NCBI GenBank assembly: GCA_039586795.1
Contig: JBDHJS010000016.1
Coordinates: 1-64,000 of the forward strand
Source of the DNA: Gemmatimonadota bacterium
Lineage (GTDB): Bacteria > Gemmatimonadota > Gemmatimonadetes > Palauibacterales > KS3-K002
Length of the DNA: 64,000 nucleotides
Reading direction: 5' to 3'
In this document: piece by piece, positions 29,325 through 38,915 of the stretch
Layout of the letters: every line of letters begins with the position of its first letter
Position numbering within the stretch: the first letter of the stretch is position 1
Program-made: the position numbers and the translations under genes
The notes under the pieces: generated by a model
What the model was told of the DNA's origin: nothing
The model's database searches: none
Seen by the model: the letters and a program-made list of their open reading frames with translations, nothing else

Positions 29325-29347
29325 GGGCCACTTCGGTGGCCCTTTTT
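29325..29347 (+). terminator. Intrinsic terminator-like hairpin between rpsB and tsf
   Basis: GGGCCAC-TTCG-GTGGCCC followed by TTTTT. Confidence 0.75.
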
Positions 29348-29365
29348 ATGGAGGATAGACCGAGT

Positions 29366-29962
29366 ATGTCGCAGATCACGGCAACGGTAGTCAAGGAGCT
29401 GAGGGATCGTACGGGCGCCGGCATGATGGACTGCAAGCGCGCCTTGCAGGAGACGGACGGAGACATGGAAGCGGCGGTCGAGTGGTTGCGGAAGAAAGGT
29501 GCGGCGGCCGCGGAGAAGCGCGTAGGCAAGGAGGCCAGTGAAGGGATCATCGCTTCCTACATCCACCACTCCGGGAAGGTCGGCGTGATGGTGGAATTGA
29601 ACTGCGAGACGGATTTCGTGGCGCGGACCGACGACTTCCAGGAGCTGGCGCGCGATGTGGCGATGCATGTCGCCGCGTCCGATCCAATCGCCGTTTCTCA
29701 GGAAGACGTCCCCGAGGACACGGTCGCTCGGGAGCGTGAGATCTACAAGGCTCAGGCCATTGAGGAAGGCAAGCCGGAGCATATCGCCGAGAAGATCGTT
29801 GACGGCAAGTTGCGCAAGTTCTTCGAGGAACGCACCCTTCTAGATCAGAAGTACGTGAAGGACCCGGAGCGTTCCGTGGCGGAACGCATACAGGATACTC
29901 AGGCTAAGCTTGGAGAAAAGATCGCAGTCGGCAGGTTCGCGCGCTTCAAGATAGGCGAGTAG
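29366..29962 (+). CDS. tsf: Elongation factor Ts (short form)
   Basis: VKELRDRTGAGMMDCK, NCETDFVA. Confidence 0.97.
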   Translation: MSQITATVVKELRDRTGAGMMDCKRALQETDGDMEAAVEWLRKKGAAAAEKRVGKEASEGIIASYIHHSGKVGVMVELNCETDFVARTDDFQELARDVAMHVAASDPIAVSQEDVPEDTVAREREIYKAQAIEEGKPEHIAEKIVDGKLRKFFEERTLLDQKYVKDPERSVAERIQDTQAKLGEKIAVGRFARFKIGE

Positions 29963-29963
29963 T

Positions 29964-30695
29964 GTGGCGGATAATTCGAAGCTGAAGTACGGGCGGATCC
30001 TACTCAAACTGTCCGGCGAGATGTTGGCCGGCGGCCAAGAGTTCGGCATTTCGTTTGCCGCGGTCGATCGCCTGACGGAAGAGGTCAAGGCCGTGCGTGA
30101 CGCAGGTGTCGCGCTCGGCCTTGTCGTAGGTGGCGGCAACATCGTTCGCGGCGCCGCGGCTGAGCAAGCCGGAATGGACCGCGTGTCCGCCGACTATATG
30201 GGCATGCTGGCCACCGTGATCAACGCGCTGGCCGTTCAGGACCAACTCGAGAAGAAGGGCGTCGATACTCGGGTGATGACGGCCATCCGCATGGAAGAAT
30301 TGGCCGAGCCCTACATCAGGCGGCGCGCCCAGCGACACATGGATAAAGGGCGGGTGGTCCTCTTTGCAGGTGGCACGGGCAACCCGTATTTTTCCACCGA
30401 CACGGCCGCCGTATTGCGGGCGATCGAGATGGAAGCGGAGTTGATCGTCAAGGCGACGAAGGTCGATGGCGTGTATGGCGCGGACCCGATGAAGGACCCG
30501 ACAGCCGAGCTTATCCCGGAGATATCGTTCCTGGATGTGATCAGGCGGGAGCTGCGCGTCATGGATCACACGGCCGTATCGCTCTGCAAAGACAACGGCC
30601 TTCCGGTGATCGTACTGAACATCCAGAACCCGGGCGCGGTTGTGGCTGCGGCGTGTGGTGACCGGGTGGGCACTCTGATTTCGGCGGAGGTTTAG
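29964..30695 (+). CDS. pyrH: UMP kinase
   Basis: RILLKLSGE, GGGN, GTGNPYFSTD. Confidence 0.97.
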   Translation: MADNSKLKYGRILLKLSGEMLAGGQEFGISFAAVDRLTEEVKAVRDAGVALGLVVGGGNIVRGAAAEQAGMDRVSADYMGMLATVINALAVQDQLEKKGVDTRVMTAIRMEELAEPYIRRRAQRHMDKGRVVLFAGGTGNPYFSTDTAAVLRAIEMEAELIVKATKVDGVYGADPMKDPTAELIPEISFLDVIRRELRVMDHTAVSLCKDNGLPVIVLNIQNPGAVVAAACGDRVGTLISAEV

Positions 30696-30697
30696 TC

Positions 30698-31249
30698 ATG
30701 GCGAAGCTGAACGAGACCCGAGTTCGGATGGATAAGGCGCTGGAGGCGATGCGGCGCGAGTTCGCCACCGTTCGTACCGGCAAGGCGTCGCCGGCCCTCC
30801 TCGAGCACGTGCGCGTTGAGGCCTACGAGACGCACATGCCGCTCGAGCAGCTGGCGACGATCAGCGCGCCGGAGCCGCGACTGCTCGTCGTTCAGCCGTG
30901 GGACAAGACTCTGCTGAGCACGATCGAAAAGGCGATCCAGAGTTCCGATCTCGGGCTCAACCCGTCAAACGATGGCACCGTGATTCACGTGCCGATTCCA
31001 CAGCTCAACGAGGAGCGTCGACAGGAGCTTGTGAAAGTCCTCCACAAAATGGCTGAAGAGGGCAAGGTTTCCTTGCGCGCCGCCCGCCATTCGGCAAACG
31101 ATGAGATCAAGACAGAGATGAAGTCAGGTGATATCTCTGAAGACGAGGGTCACAAGCTGCTAGACGACGTTCAGAAGATGACCGACGACTACGGCACTAA
31201 GATCGACGCTCTCCTCAAAGCCAAAGAAGCCGAAGTGATGGAGGTCTGA
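30698..31249 (+). CDS. frr: Ribosome recycling factor
   Basis: RTGKASP, LGLNPSNDG, KEAEVM. Confidence 0.97.
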   Translation: MAKLNETRVRMDKALEAMRREFATVRTGKASPALLEHVRVEAYETHMPLEQLATISAPEPRLLVVQPWDKTLLSTIEKAIQSSDLGLNPSNDGTVIHVPIPQLNEERRQELVKVLHKMAEEGKVSLRAARHSANDEIKTEMKSGDISEDEGHKLLDDVQKMTDDYGTKIDALLKAKEAEVMEV

Positions 31250-31290
31250 TCAGCGGAGATCGCTGGCAAGGCCGCATTCAAAAGAGATCC

Positions 31291-32034
31291 ATGCCCTCTG
31301 AGCTTCTCCAGCAAATCAAGGGAAACCCCGATCGCATCCCTGCGCACGTTGCCATCATCATGGACGGCAACGGCCGCTGGGCGAACGAGCGTGGCCTGTC
31401 GCGTAGCGAGGGTCACAAGGCCGGGATGAAGTCGGTACGTGACGTCGTCGAGGGCGCCATCGAGGCGGGCATCAATGTCGTGACGCTCTATGCGTTCTCT
31501 CAGGAAAACTGGCAGCGCCCCAAGCGAGAGATCGCCTTTCTCATGTCTCTGCTGCAGCAGTATGCCAGGTCGGAGGTGAAGGACTTGGTAGAGAACGGTG
31601 TGGAAGTCCATACGATCGGTGACATCGACAGGATGGCCTTGCCGGAGCGCAAGGCGATCGAAGCGATCATGGACGAGACTCGCGGTGGCAAGAACCTGCA
31701 GCTGGTGCTCGCGATCTCGTATGGAAGCCGGCGCGAGATTGTCGATGCGGCGCGGGACTTAGCGCAGCGGGCGGCGGCGGGCGAGTTACCGCCAGCGGAT
31801 ATCGACGAGGAGATGTTCGCTGCGGCGCTCAATACCGCGCCGTGGCCCGACCCTGACCTGATGGTCCGGACATCGGGCGAGTACCGGATCTCGAATTTCT
31901 TGCTCTGGCAACTGGCTTACACAGAACTCTACACGACTCCTGTCCTCTGGCCGGACTTCACAAGAGAGGACCTCTTCGAAGCGGTACTCGACTACCAGCG
32001 TCGGGACCGCCGGTTCGGCAAAGTCTCAGTCTGA
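31291..32034 (+). CDS. uppS: Undecaprenyl diphosphate synthase
   Basis: HVAIIMDGNGRWA, RTSGEYRISNFLLWQ. Confidence 0.97.
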   Translation: MPSELLQQIKGNPDRIPAHVAIIMDGNGRWANERGLSRSEGHKAGMKSVRDVVEGAIEAGINVVTLYAFSQENWQRPKREIAFLMSLLQQYARSEVKDLVENGVEVHTIGDIDRMALPERKAIEAIMDETRGGKNLQLVLAISYGSRREIVDAARDLAQRAAAGELPPADIDEEMFAAALNTAPWPDPDLMVRTSGEYRISNFLLWQLAYTELYTTPVLWPDFTREDLFEAVLDYQRRDRRFGKVSV

Positions 32035-32876
32035 TGGGGCGCTCCGGCGGCGAGTTGGCGAAACGCGTGGGCGTTGCCCTCATCGGCATACCCCTGACGG
32101 TGGTCCTCGCCTATTTGGGGGGCTACTGGCTTGCTGGCTTGATCGCGGTGATCGCGGGCCTCGCGGCGTGGGAGTTCTGTCGCATGTACCGGCAAAGTGG
32201 GGTTGCTTCCGCACCCGTTGTCGCCGGAATGCTGGCCGCGTTTTATGTGTTGCTGGCCGCGACGATGGCGCCTGCGGAGTTCATCGTTTGGGCCGTCGTC
32301 TGCACTGTGGCGGTTGCCGCCGGCGAGTCGATCCGCCGCTCTGCCGACTCGCAGCCCGGGCTGACGGTCGTCACGACCGTTTTCAGCGCGGCTTATACTG
32401 GTCTGCTGCTCTCCTTCGCTATCTGGCTGCGGGCTTTGGGACTCGCTCCTGGCCTGGGTGGCGCGGCGATCATCTTTCTGCCGGTCGCCATCACATGGTT
32501 GGGTGACACGGCAGCGTATTTCGTCGGCAAGGGAATCGGCCGCCACAAGTTCGCGCCAGTGATCAGCCCGAAGAAGACCTGGGAAGGTGCGATCGGCGGT
32601 CTATTGGCCACCGCGGGCGGTGCTGTGCTCTGGATTGAGTTGACGGCCGAGCTGGCGCCGTGGACGATGAGCGTTGGCGAAGCCATCGGCTTCGGGGTCC
32701 TGGTATCGATTGCTGGTCAGGTCGGCGATCTGTTCGAGTCGCGTTTCAAGCGGGAATGCGGAATCAAGGACAGCTCCAACCTGATCCCCGGACATGGTGG
32801 GTTCCTGGATCGGGTCGATTCGCTCCTCTTTGTCTTCCCGGTAGCGTTCGCCTACCTGATGGTTGTGGGGGTCTGA
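32034..32876 (+). CDS. cdsA: Phosphatidate cytidylyltransferase
   Basis: ISPKKTWEG, KDSSNLIPGHGGFLDRVDS. Confidence 0.96.
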   Translation: MGRSGGELAKRVGVALIGIPLTVVLAYLGGYWLAGLIAVIAGLAAWEFCRMYRQSGVASAPVVAGMLAAFYVLLAATMAPAEFIVWAVVCTVAVAAGESIRRSADSQPGLTVVTTVFSAAYTGLLLSFAIWLRALGLAPGLGGAAIIFLPVAITWLGDTAAYFVGKGIGRHKFAPVISPKKTWEGAIGGLLATAGGAVLWIELTAELAPWTMSVGEAIGFGVLVSIAGQVGDLFESRFKRECGIKDSSNLIPGHGGFLDRVDSLLFVFPVAFAYLMVVGV

Positions 32877-34042
32877 TGGACACCCGTGGTGTAGCGATCC
32901 TCGGCTCGACCGGTTCGATAGGAAAGACGACGCTGGAGGTGATCGGCGCGCACCCGGATCGCTTCCGAATCGTGGCTCTGACGGCACACCAGAACGCCGA
33001 AGCGTTGGCGGACCAGATACGAGAGCATCGCCCGCAGTTGGCGGTGCTGGCGGATGGGAACTCAGCCGTCTCCGAAACGTTTGACGGAACGCGAGTGTCG
33101 AACGGGGCCAAAGCGGTGCTGGAGGCCGCTGCCCATCCGGACGTCGACATAGTAGTTAACGCGCTGGTTGGAGCCGTGGGTTTGGAGCCGACACTGGCGG
33201 CGCTGGAGTCGGGAAAACGACTCGCGTTGGCGAACAAAGAGTCGTTGGTGGTAGGCGGACCGCTGGTCATGCGCACGCTGAAAGAGAGGGGCGGAGAACT
33301 GATCCCGGTGGACAGCGAGCATAGCGCCGTCTTTCAGTGCCTGCAGGGCGCGGCGCCGGACAGCCTGAGCCGGCTGGTGCTGACCGCGTCGGGTGGTCCG
33401 TTCAGGGACCGGGATCCGCTGGAGCTAGAGACCGTTACACCAGAGGAAGCGCTTCGGCACCCGACATGGAACATGGGGGCGAAGATCACCATCGATTCGG
33501 CGACGCTGGTGAACAAGGCGCTGGAGGTCGTCGAGGCTCACTTCCTGTTCGGGATGCCTTACGAGGCGGTGGATGTTGTGATTCATCCTCAGTCGATCAT
33601 CCACTCGATGGTGGAGTTCCGGGACGGATCGGTGCTTGCCCAGCTGGGTTATCCGACGATGACGATCCCGGTGCTGTATGCGCTCTCGTATCCTGAGCGT
33701 CTCCCGTTTGAGGTCCCGTCGCTTGACCTCGCGGACGTGGGTTCGCTTTCTTTCGAGGCGATCACGCCCGGCCGATTCCCGGCGTTCGAGTTGGGGCGCC
33801 AGGCGGCGCTGGCCGGCGGAACGGCCCCGGCCGCTTTCAACGCTGCGAGCGAGGAAGCGGTCTCTGCCTTCCTGGGCGGCCGCCTTCCGTTTGTCGGGAT
33901 CGCGGAAGTGATCGGTGAGGTTTTGGGTGAGCAGAAGTTGGAAGAGGTGACGTCGCTGGATGTGGTGAGGCGCGCCGACGCGTGGGCAAGGGAAGCGGCG
34001 CGCACCAGCGTGGAGCATATATCGAGCAGAGCTCAAAAATAG
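32876..34042 (+). CDS. dxr: 1-deoxy-D-xylulose-5-phosphate reductoisomerase
   Basis: LGSTGSIG, LANKES, PVDSEH, HPTWNMG. Confidence 0.97.
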   Translation: MDTRGVAILGSTGSIGKTTLEVIGAHPDRFRIVALTAHQNAEALADQIREHRPQLAVLADGNSAVSETFDGTRVSNGAKAVLEAAAHPDVDIVVNALVGAVGLEPTLAALESGKRLALANKESLVVGGPLVMRTLKERGGELIPVDSEHSAVFQCLQGAAPDSLSRLVLTASGGPFRDRDPLELETVTPEEALRHPTWNMGAKITIDSATLVNKALEVVEAHFLFGMPYEAVDVVIHPQSIIHSMVEFRDGSVLAQLGYPTMTIPVLYALSYPERLPFEVPSLDLADVGSLSFEAITPGRFPAFELGRQAALAGGTAPAAFNAASEEAVSAFLGGRLPFVGIAEVIGEVLGEQKLEEVTSLDVVRRADAWAREAARTSVEHISSRAQK

Positions 34043-34052
34043 ACCGGATCAA

Positions 34053-35147
34053 ATGACGACAATCATTGCATTCATAGTCGTTCTCGGCGTGCTGATCTTC
34101 GTGCACGAGCTTGGCCACTTCATCACGGCAAAGTGGGCCGGCATCGCCGTGCCACGGTTCTCCATCGGTCTCGGACCCAAGGTTTGGGGTTTCACGATCG
34201 GTGAAACGGAGTATGTCATCTCGGCTCTACCGCTGGGCGGCTATGTGAAGATGGCCGGCATGGGTGAAGACGAGGCGCTGGAGAAGCTGGAGGGCGGGAA
34301 GGACGACCTGGAGGTGGCACCAGAGCGTCGCTTCGACGCGAAACCGATCGCAACCCGGGCGGTGGTGATCTCCGCCGGCGTCGCGATGAACTTCGTGTTC
34401 GCGATCTTTGCGTTCGCCGGACTGGCTTATCACCGGTCGGTGGCGCCCGTCATCGCGGAGGTGTCGCCCGGCTGGCCAGCAGCCGAGGCCGGTGTTCAGG
34501 TCGGCGACCGCGTGCGGGCGATCGATGATCTCGAGGTCGATACCTGGAACGAGTTCGCGGCGAACATCAGCCGCCGGCCCGGCGACACCGTGAATCTCCG
34601 CCTGGAGCGCGGGGAGACGGAGGTCGGCGTCACCACGGCTGTCGCCGCTTTTGACACGGTCATCCCTACCGTCACGGGTACCGATACGGCGGTCACGATC
34701 GGTCGAATCGGCGTCGCCCGCGATGTCGAGAACCCGGTTCGCGCGTACAGTCTCGCCGGTTCGTTTAAGGTCGGCTTGGAAGACACCGGCGGCTTCGTCG
34801 TTCTTATTCTGGACTTTCTGGGCGACGTATTCACCGGAAGAGCATCGGCCCGGGATATTGGGGGGCCGGTTTTGATTGGCCAGCTGTCGGGTCAGGCGGC
34901 GCGGGCGGGTCCGGCGGCGCTGATCTGGTTGATGGCGGTCCTCAGCGTGCACCTTGCGGTGCTGAACCTACTGCCGATCCCGATCCTCGACGGTGGACAT
35001 CTCGTCTTTTTGCTGGTTGAGGCAGTGCGGGGTCGTGCTCTGTCGATCGAGGCTCGGGCGCGCCTCAGTCAGGTGGGCTTCATCCTGATCATGGCCCTCA
35101 TGGTCTGGGCTTTCACCGCCGACTTCCTGCGCATAGCCGGAAAGTAG
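34053..35147 (+). CDS. rseP: RIP metalloprotease RseP
   Basis: HELGH, one PDZ domain, NLLPIPILDGGH. Confidence 0.95.
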   Translation: MTTIIAFIVVLGVLIFVHELGHFITAKWAGIAVPRFSIGLGPKVWGFTIGETEYVISALPLGGYVKMAGMGEDEALEKLEGGKDDLEVAPERRFDAKPIATRAVVISAGVAMNFVFAIFAFAGLAYHRSVAPVIAEVSPGWPAAEAGVQVGDRVRAIDDLEVDTWNEFAANISRRPGDTVNLRLERGETEVGVTTAVAAFDTVIPTVTGTDTAVTIGRIGVARDVENPVRAYSLAGSFKVGLEDTGGFVVLILDFLGDVFTGRASARDIGGPVLIGQLSGQAARAGPAALIWLMAVLSVHLAVLNLLPIPILDGGHLVFLLVEAVRGRALSIEARARLSQVGFILIMALMVWAFTADFLRIAGK

Positions 35148-35172
35148 CCCGGATTTCCTCGTACGAGGGTCC

Positions 35173-36006
35173 TTAGTCGCCAAAGAGCCCGAGTTGGGGG
35201 GTCCGGACGGTTGCCGCGAGCTCGGCGACGTCGAGGCAGGAGAGGGGTTCATCCTGGTCCGCGACCTTGATCAGCGCGTCGTACCCCTTCTTGCGCAAAG
35301 CTGTGCCGACGACCTCCGCGGCCAGTTCCGGCTCGTTGCAGTCCTGACTGAGATGAGCGAGGACGATGCCGGCGAGGCCGGGGTGTAGCAGCTCGGCACC
35401 GAGCTCCGCAGAGGCTCGATTGGAGAGGTGGCCGTGGCGGCCGGCGATGCGAGCCTTTAGCGACCACGGGTATGGTCCGGTGCGCAGCATCACTTCGTCG
35501 TGATTCGCTTCGAGAATCAGCAGGTCACAACGCTGTAGCGCGTGGCGGACGGAGACGGTGGGCGTGCCGAGGTCCGTGGCAATACCGACCTTTAGTCCGC
35601 TCGTCCGTTGGCGGACGGTCACGCCGATGGGATCGATGGCGTCATGCACGGTCAAGAACGGTTCGACGCGCAGGTCGCCGATATCGAAGGGTCGCTTGGC
35701 TTCGTAGTGGTGGACTTTTTCCTTACCGTTGAAGAGATCCGAGCAGCTGTTTGCGGTGGCGCGGGCGATATAGATCGGCACTTTCCAGCGGCGGGCGTAT
35801 ATCCCCATGCCCTGGGTATGGTCCCGATGCTCGTGTGTGATGACAAGAGCGGTGATCGTGTCGGGTTCGACACCGATGGCCCGCAATCGGCTCTCGATCT
35901 GGCGGCCGCTGAAGCCGGCGTCTATGAGGATTCGAGTTTCGGAGGTTTCGAGGAGAATCGAATTGCCGCGACTGCCACTGCCCAGAACGTGAACCCTGAA
36001 GGTCAT
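35173..36006 (-). CDS. MBL-fold metallo-hydrolase (YycJ/WalJ-like)
   Basis: LGSGSRGN, THEHRDH, EANHD, GHLSN, AHLS. Confidence 0.92.
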   Translation of the reverse strand: MTFRVHVLGSGSRGNSILLETSETRILIDAGFSGRQIESRLRAIGVEPDTITALVITHEHRDHTQGMGIYARRWKVPIYIARATANSCSDLFNGKEKVHHYEAKRPFDIGDLRVEPFLTVHDAIDPIGVTVRQRTSGLKVGIATDLGTPTVSVRHALQRCDLLILEANHDEVMLRTGPYPWSLKARIAGRHGHLSNRASAELGAELLHPGLAGIVLAHLSQDCNEPELAAEVVGTALRKKGYDALIKVADQDEPLSCLDVAELAATVRTPQLGLFGD

Positions 36007-37208
36007 CCACCCCGTCCCTTGCGCCAGCAGCTTTCCAGGTAGCGCTGCCCGCGCTCATCCAGATCAACCCCACGCCGCTCCATGACAGCTGCTGCCGTCG
36101 AGAGGAACTTGGACAGCTGGTACTCGCCAAGGTCCCGTCCTTCGCCCCAACTGAACGGCTGCACATAACCGGGCGGCATCGCCGTGCCGTAGAGATTAGC
36201 GCCAGCACCCACAACTGCGCCAGTGCCGATGACCAGGCCGATGCCCGTCTTCGCGTGGTCACCTAGGAAACAGCCGATTTTACGGTGACCCGTATCGCGG
36301 ACGCCGGCCGGAGTCCAGACCCGGACCGCGCTGTAGTTGTTCTTGAGGTCGCTGTTCGTCGTCATCGCGCCCAAGTTGACCCAGCGACCCAAATAGGCGT
36401 GGCCGATGTGACCATCGTGAGCCTTGTTGCTGTATCCGAGCACGACGCTGTCGACGACCTCGCCGCGTAGATAGGTGTACGGACCAGTCGAGACGCGTTC
36501 GAACGATCCGCCCAGCAGGCGCGAGCGGGGTCCGATACTGACGGGGCCAGCCAAGCGGGTTGTGGTCCTGACTTCCGTCTCCTCGGCGATCCGTATGGGC
36601 CCATCCCTGGTATCGAAGAGAACTCCCGGCTCGACATAGACATCGCGGGCCAGAATGAGCGCCCCATCGCCAATGATATGAGCACCGGTAGGCACGCTTC
36701 CGGTTGCCGGCGATTCGTTCAGGTCGCGGGCCGTCTGCTCCGCTGATCCAAGCATCAGGTCCCAAACCCAGCCAAGTACAGTCCCCTCCACCGAAACGAC
36801 AGTCGCCGGGAGGGAGCCAGCGCTGAGGTCCTCGAGATCTGAGTGTGCAGGTAGCTGACCTGCCGGCAGGAAGAAGCCCACCGGCTCGCCGTCGATGGCG
36901 TAGGTAACTGGCGACTCAGCGGCGGGGGCGTCCTGATCGAGATACGCAGCCGCGCGTGACGACCAGAAGATTAGGTCGCGGTCGCGGGGTAGATGCTCAA
37001 GAGAGACAACCGGTCTTCCACCGGGCTCATGGAAGTCGATTAGGTGATCGGCGGAGATGTGTCCGATGCATTCCAATCCGAAGAGACGCTCGGCCCGCTC
37101 CACCAACGTCATCGCCCCAAAGAGCAGTTCGCCGGCAGGGCGTGTGAGGGCAAACGGTTGCCACTGTCGTGCGGCGCTGTCGTCGAACAACACCAGGGCA
37201 GTTGCCAC
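36003..37208 (-). CDS. GlmU-like putative sugar nucleotidyl/acyltransferase
   Basis: PFALTRP N-terminus; beta-helix region with SNKAHDG and SDLKNNY. Confidence 0.82.
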   Translation of the reverse strand: MATALVLFDDSAARQWQPFALTRPAGELLFGAMTLVERAERLFGLECIGHISADHLIDFHEPGGRPVVSLEHLPRDRDLIFWSSRAAAYLDQDAPAAESPVTYAIDGEPVGFFLPAGQLPAHSDLEDLSAGSLPATVVSVEGTVLGWVWDLMLGSAEQTARDLNESPATGSVPTGAHIIGDGALILARDVYVEPGVLFDTRDGPIRIAEETEVRTTTRLAGPVSIGPRSRLLGGSFERVSTGPYTYLRGEVVDSVVLGYSNKAHDGHIGHAYLGRWVNLGAMTTNSDLKNNYSAVRVWTPAGVRDTGHRKIGCFLGDHAKTGIGLVIGTGAVVGAGANLYGTAMPPGYVQPFSWGEGRDLGEYQLSKFLSTAAAVMERRGVDLDERGQRYLESCWRKGRGG

Positions 37209-37211
37209 GGA

Positions 37212-38279
37212 TCAGATCTCCCCGTCTCGGAGGTTATCCGGCAACTCGGCGAGCAGCTGCTTGAGGTCGACGGCTCGCTCAAGCGGCGCCACGAACGTGA
37301 TGCCGGATGCTCGCACCACCAGCACGTCCTCGAAGCCGAACGCCACCACGGGACCATCCTCTGCCCAAACCAGGCTGTCCTTGCAGTCGAAGGCCCGGCC
37401 ATCGCCGATCAGCAGGTTGCCGTGCTCGTCGGCCGATCGAACCCGCATGAGGGCTGCCCAGGCGCCAACGTCGTCCCACTCGAACTCCGCTCTGACAACG
37501 GCGATGTTGGGGCTGCGCTCCATGAGGCCATGGTCGATCGTCAGCGTCGGAACGGTAGAGAAGAATCCCTCGATGTCCCCGTCCGCCAGTCGGGGAAGGT
37601 CATCGGAGAGTTCGGGGGTGTGTTGGGAGAGCTCCGCGAGCAACACGCCCGGCCGCCAGATGAACATGCCGGAGTTCCAAAGGAAATTGCCCTGGTCGAT
37701 GTAGCGCTGTGCCGTGTCGCGATCTGGTTTCTCAACGAACCGTTCTACCTCGAGGACCCCGGCGCTCAGCTCGGTGCCGACCTCGACGTATCCATAGCCG
37801 GTTTCCGGTCGGCTGGGCGGGATGCCGACCGTCAGCAGTCGACCGAATTTGCCCGCCGCATCCACCGCCAGCTCGAGGCTGCTCGCAAAGCCCTCAAGCG
37901 GTCGGATGACGTGATCGGAATGGAGCGATACCATGACCGACCGTTCCGGGTCGGACGAGCGGTTGACGATCTCCTGACCCGCCCACGCTAGTGCCGCGGC
38001 CGTCCCTTTCGCCTGGGGTTCGAGCAGAAATTGGTCCGGCGACATCTCCGGGAGATACTGCTCCAGGTGAGGCCGAAGATGACGCCCAGCGACGATCAGC
38101 ACGTTCGTATCCGGCGCCAGCGCGCGGGCTCGCTCAACGGTGTCCACGATGAGCGGGCGCTCGGTGGCAAGGGGCATGAACTGTTTGGGACGGCGCGGCG
38201 TGCTCGCCGGCCAGAAGCGCGAACCGATCCCGCCTGCCAGGATCACGACCCAGCGCTCGAAGGAAGGGCCGTTGCTCAT
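37212..38279 (-). CDS. manC: Mannose-1-phosphate guanylyltransferase
   Basis: ILAGGIGSRFWP, PKQF, ETGYGY, FVEKP, WNSGMF, WDDVG. Confidence 0.93.
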   Translation of the reverse strand: MSNGPSFERWVVILAGGIGSRFWPASTPRRPKQFMPLATERPLIVDTVERARALAPDTNVLIVAGRHLRPHLEQYLPEMSPDQFLLEPQAKGTAAALAWAGQEIVNRSSDPERSVMVSLHSDHVIRPLEGFASSLELAVDAAGKFGRLLTVGIPPSRPETGYGYVEVGTELSAGVLEVERFVEKPDRDTAQRYIDQGNFLWNSGMFIWRPGVLLAELSQHTPELSDDLPRLADGDIEGFFSTVPTLTIDHGLMERSPNIAVVRAEFEWDDVGAWAALMRVRSADEHGNLLIGDGRAFDCKDSLVWAEDGPVVAFGFEDVLVVRASGITFVAPLERAVDLKQLLAELPDNLRDGEI

Positions 38280-38292
38280 GCTAGGGCCTCAT

Positions 38293-38431
38293 GGGATTGG
38301 GGATCTGGGATTCGGGGGTTACGAGGTTCAGGGTTTGGGACATCCGACGCTCGGAGATTCGGCGTGCACGGAGTTTAGGCGGTGTCAGTACACCAATCGC
38401 CGAACCACCGAATCTCGTAATCCCTGAACCC
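38293..38431. repeat. 8-bp-period inverted repeat, same family as 37-68
   Basis: GGATTCGGGGGTTACGAGGTTCAGGG paired with CCGAATCTCGTAATCCCTGAACCC. Confidence 0.8.
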
Positions 38432-38785
38432 CTAGATCAGTTTGGCTATCTGTTCGCGGTTATGCCGCAGCTCGTAGAGCAGGGCGCCGAACGAGAGTCC
38501 CGGCTTCACGAAAGTAACCAGCAGCATGTCCTGCGACACTTCCGTGACGATCGCGACACCGTCGGAGTACTCCACGACCGCGGTCCGCAGACCCTCATGG
38601 TTCGCGGCACTGCCGAGTTCCCGGGCGTTCTGCATCATGTTGGGAGCCATGGCGGCCACCGCTTCCGCGTCCCCCCCGTCGGGCCCCGCCCGGTCGATCA
38701 GCAGCCCGTCCTGTCCGACGACGAACACGGACTCCACTTCTGAGCGGGTCGACAGTCTAACCAGAAGATCCTTGAGTGTTGGCAT
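38432..38785 (-). CDS. Roadblock/LC7 domain protein (second paralogue)
   Basis: VFVVGQDGLLID, AVAAM helix, FGALLYEL; about 117 aa. Confidence 0.85.
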   Translation of the reverse strand: MPTLKDLLVRLSTRSEVESVFVVGQDGLLIDRAGPDGGDAEAVAAMAPNMMQNARELGSAANHEGLRTAVVEYSDGVAIVTEVSQDMLLVTFVKPGLSFGALLYELRHNREQIAKLI

Positions 38786-38823
38786 TTGGCTCCTACGGCT
38801 GGTGGGTTGGGGGAGTGCGTCGC

Positions 38824-38904
38824 AAGCTAACCCGGCTGAGGGCGCAAAGTCAAGATTCCCATTGGGTTTCTTAGCTTGACAGTGGCCCCGGCGCTGAATA
38901 AGGT
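38824..38904. promoter_or_regulatory. Divergent sigma-70 promoters
   Basis: Plus strand TTGACA(38876)-17-TAAGGT; minus strand TTGACT(38853)-18-TAGCTT. Confidence 0.6.
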
Positions 38905-38915
38905 TGCCCGCAACC

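Noticed and set aside
28310..29782. 490-aa antisense ORF over rpsB-tsf, and similar shadows over mglBA, dnaJ and infB
   Set aside because: Expected from high-GC codon bias opposite conserved genes.
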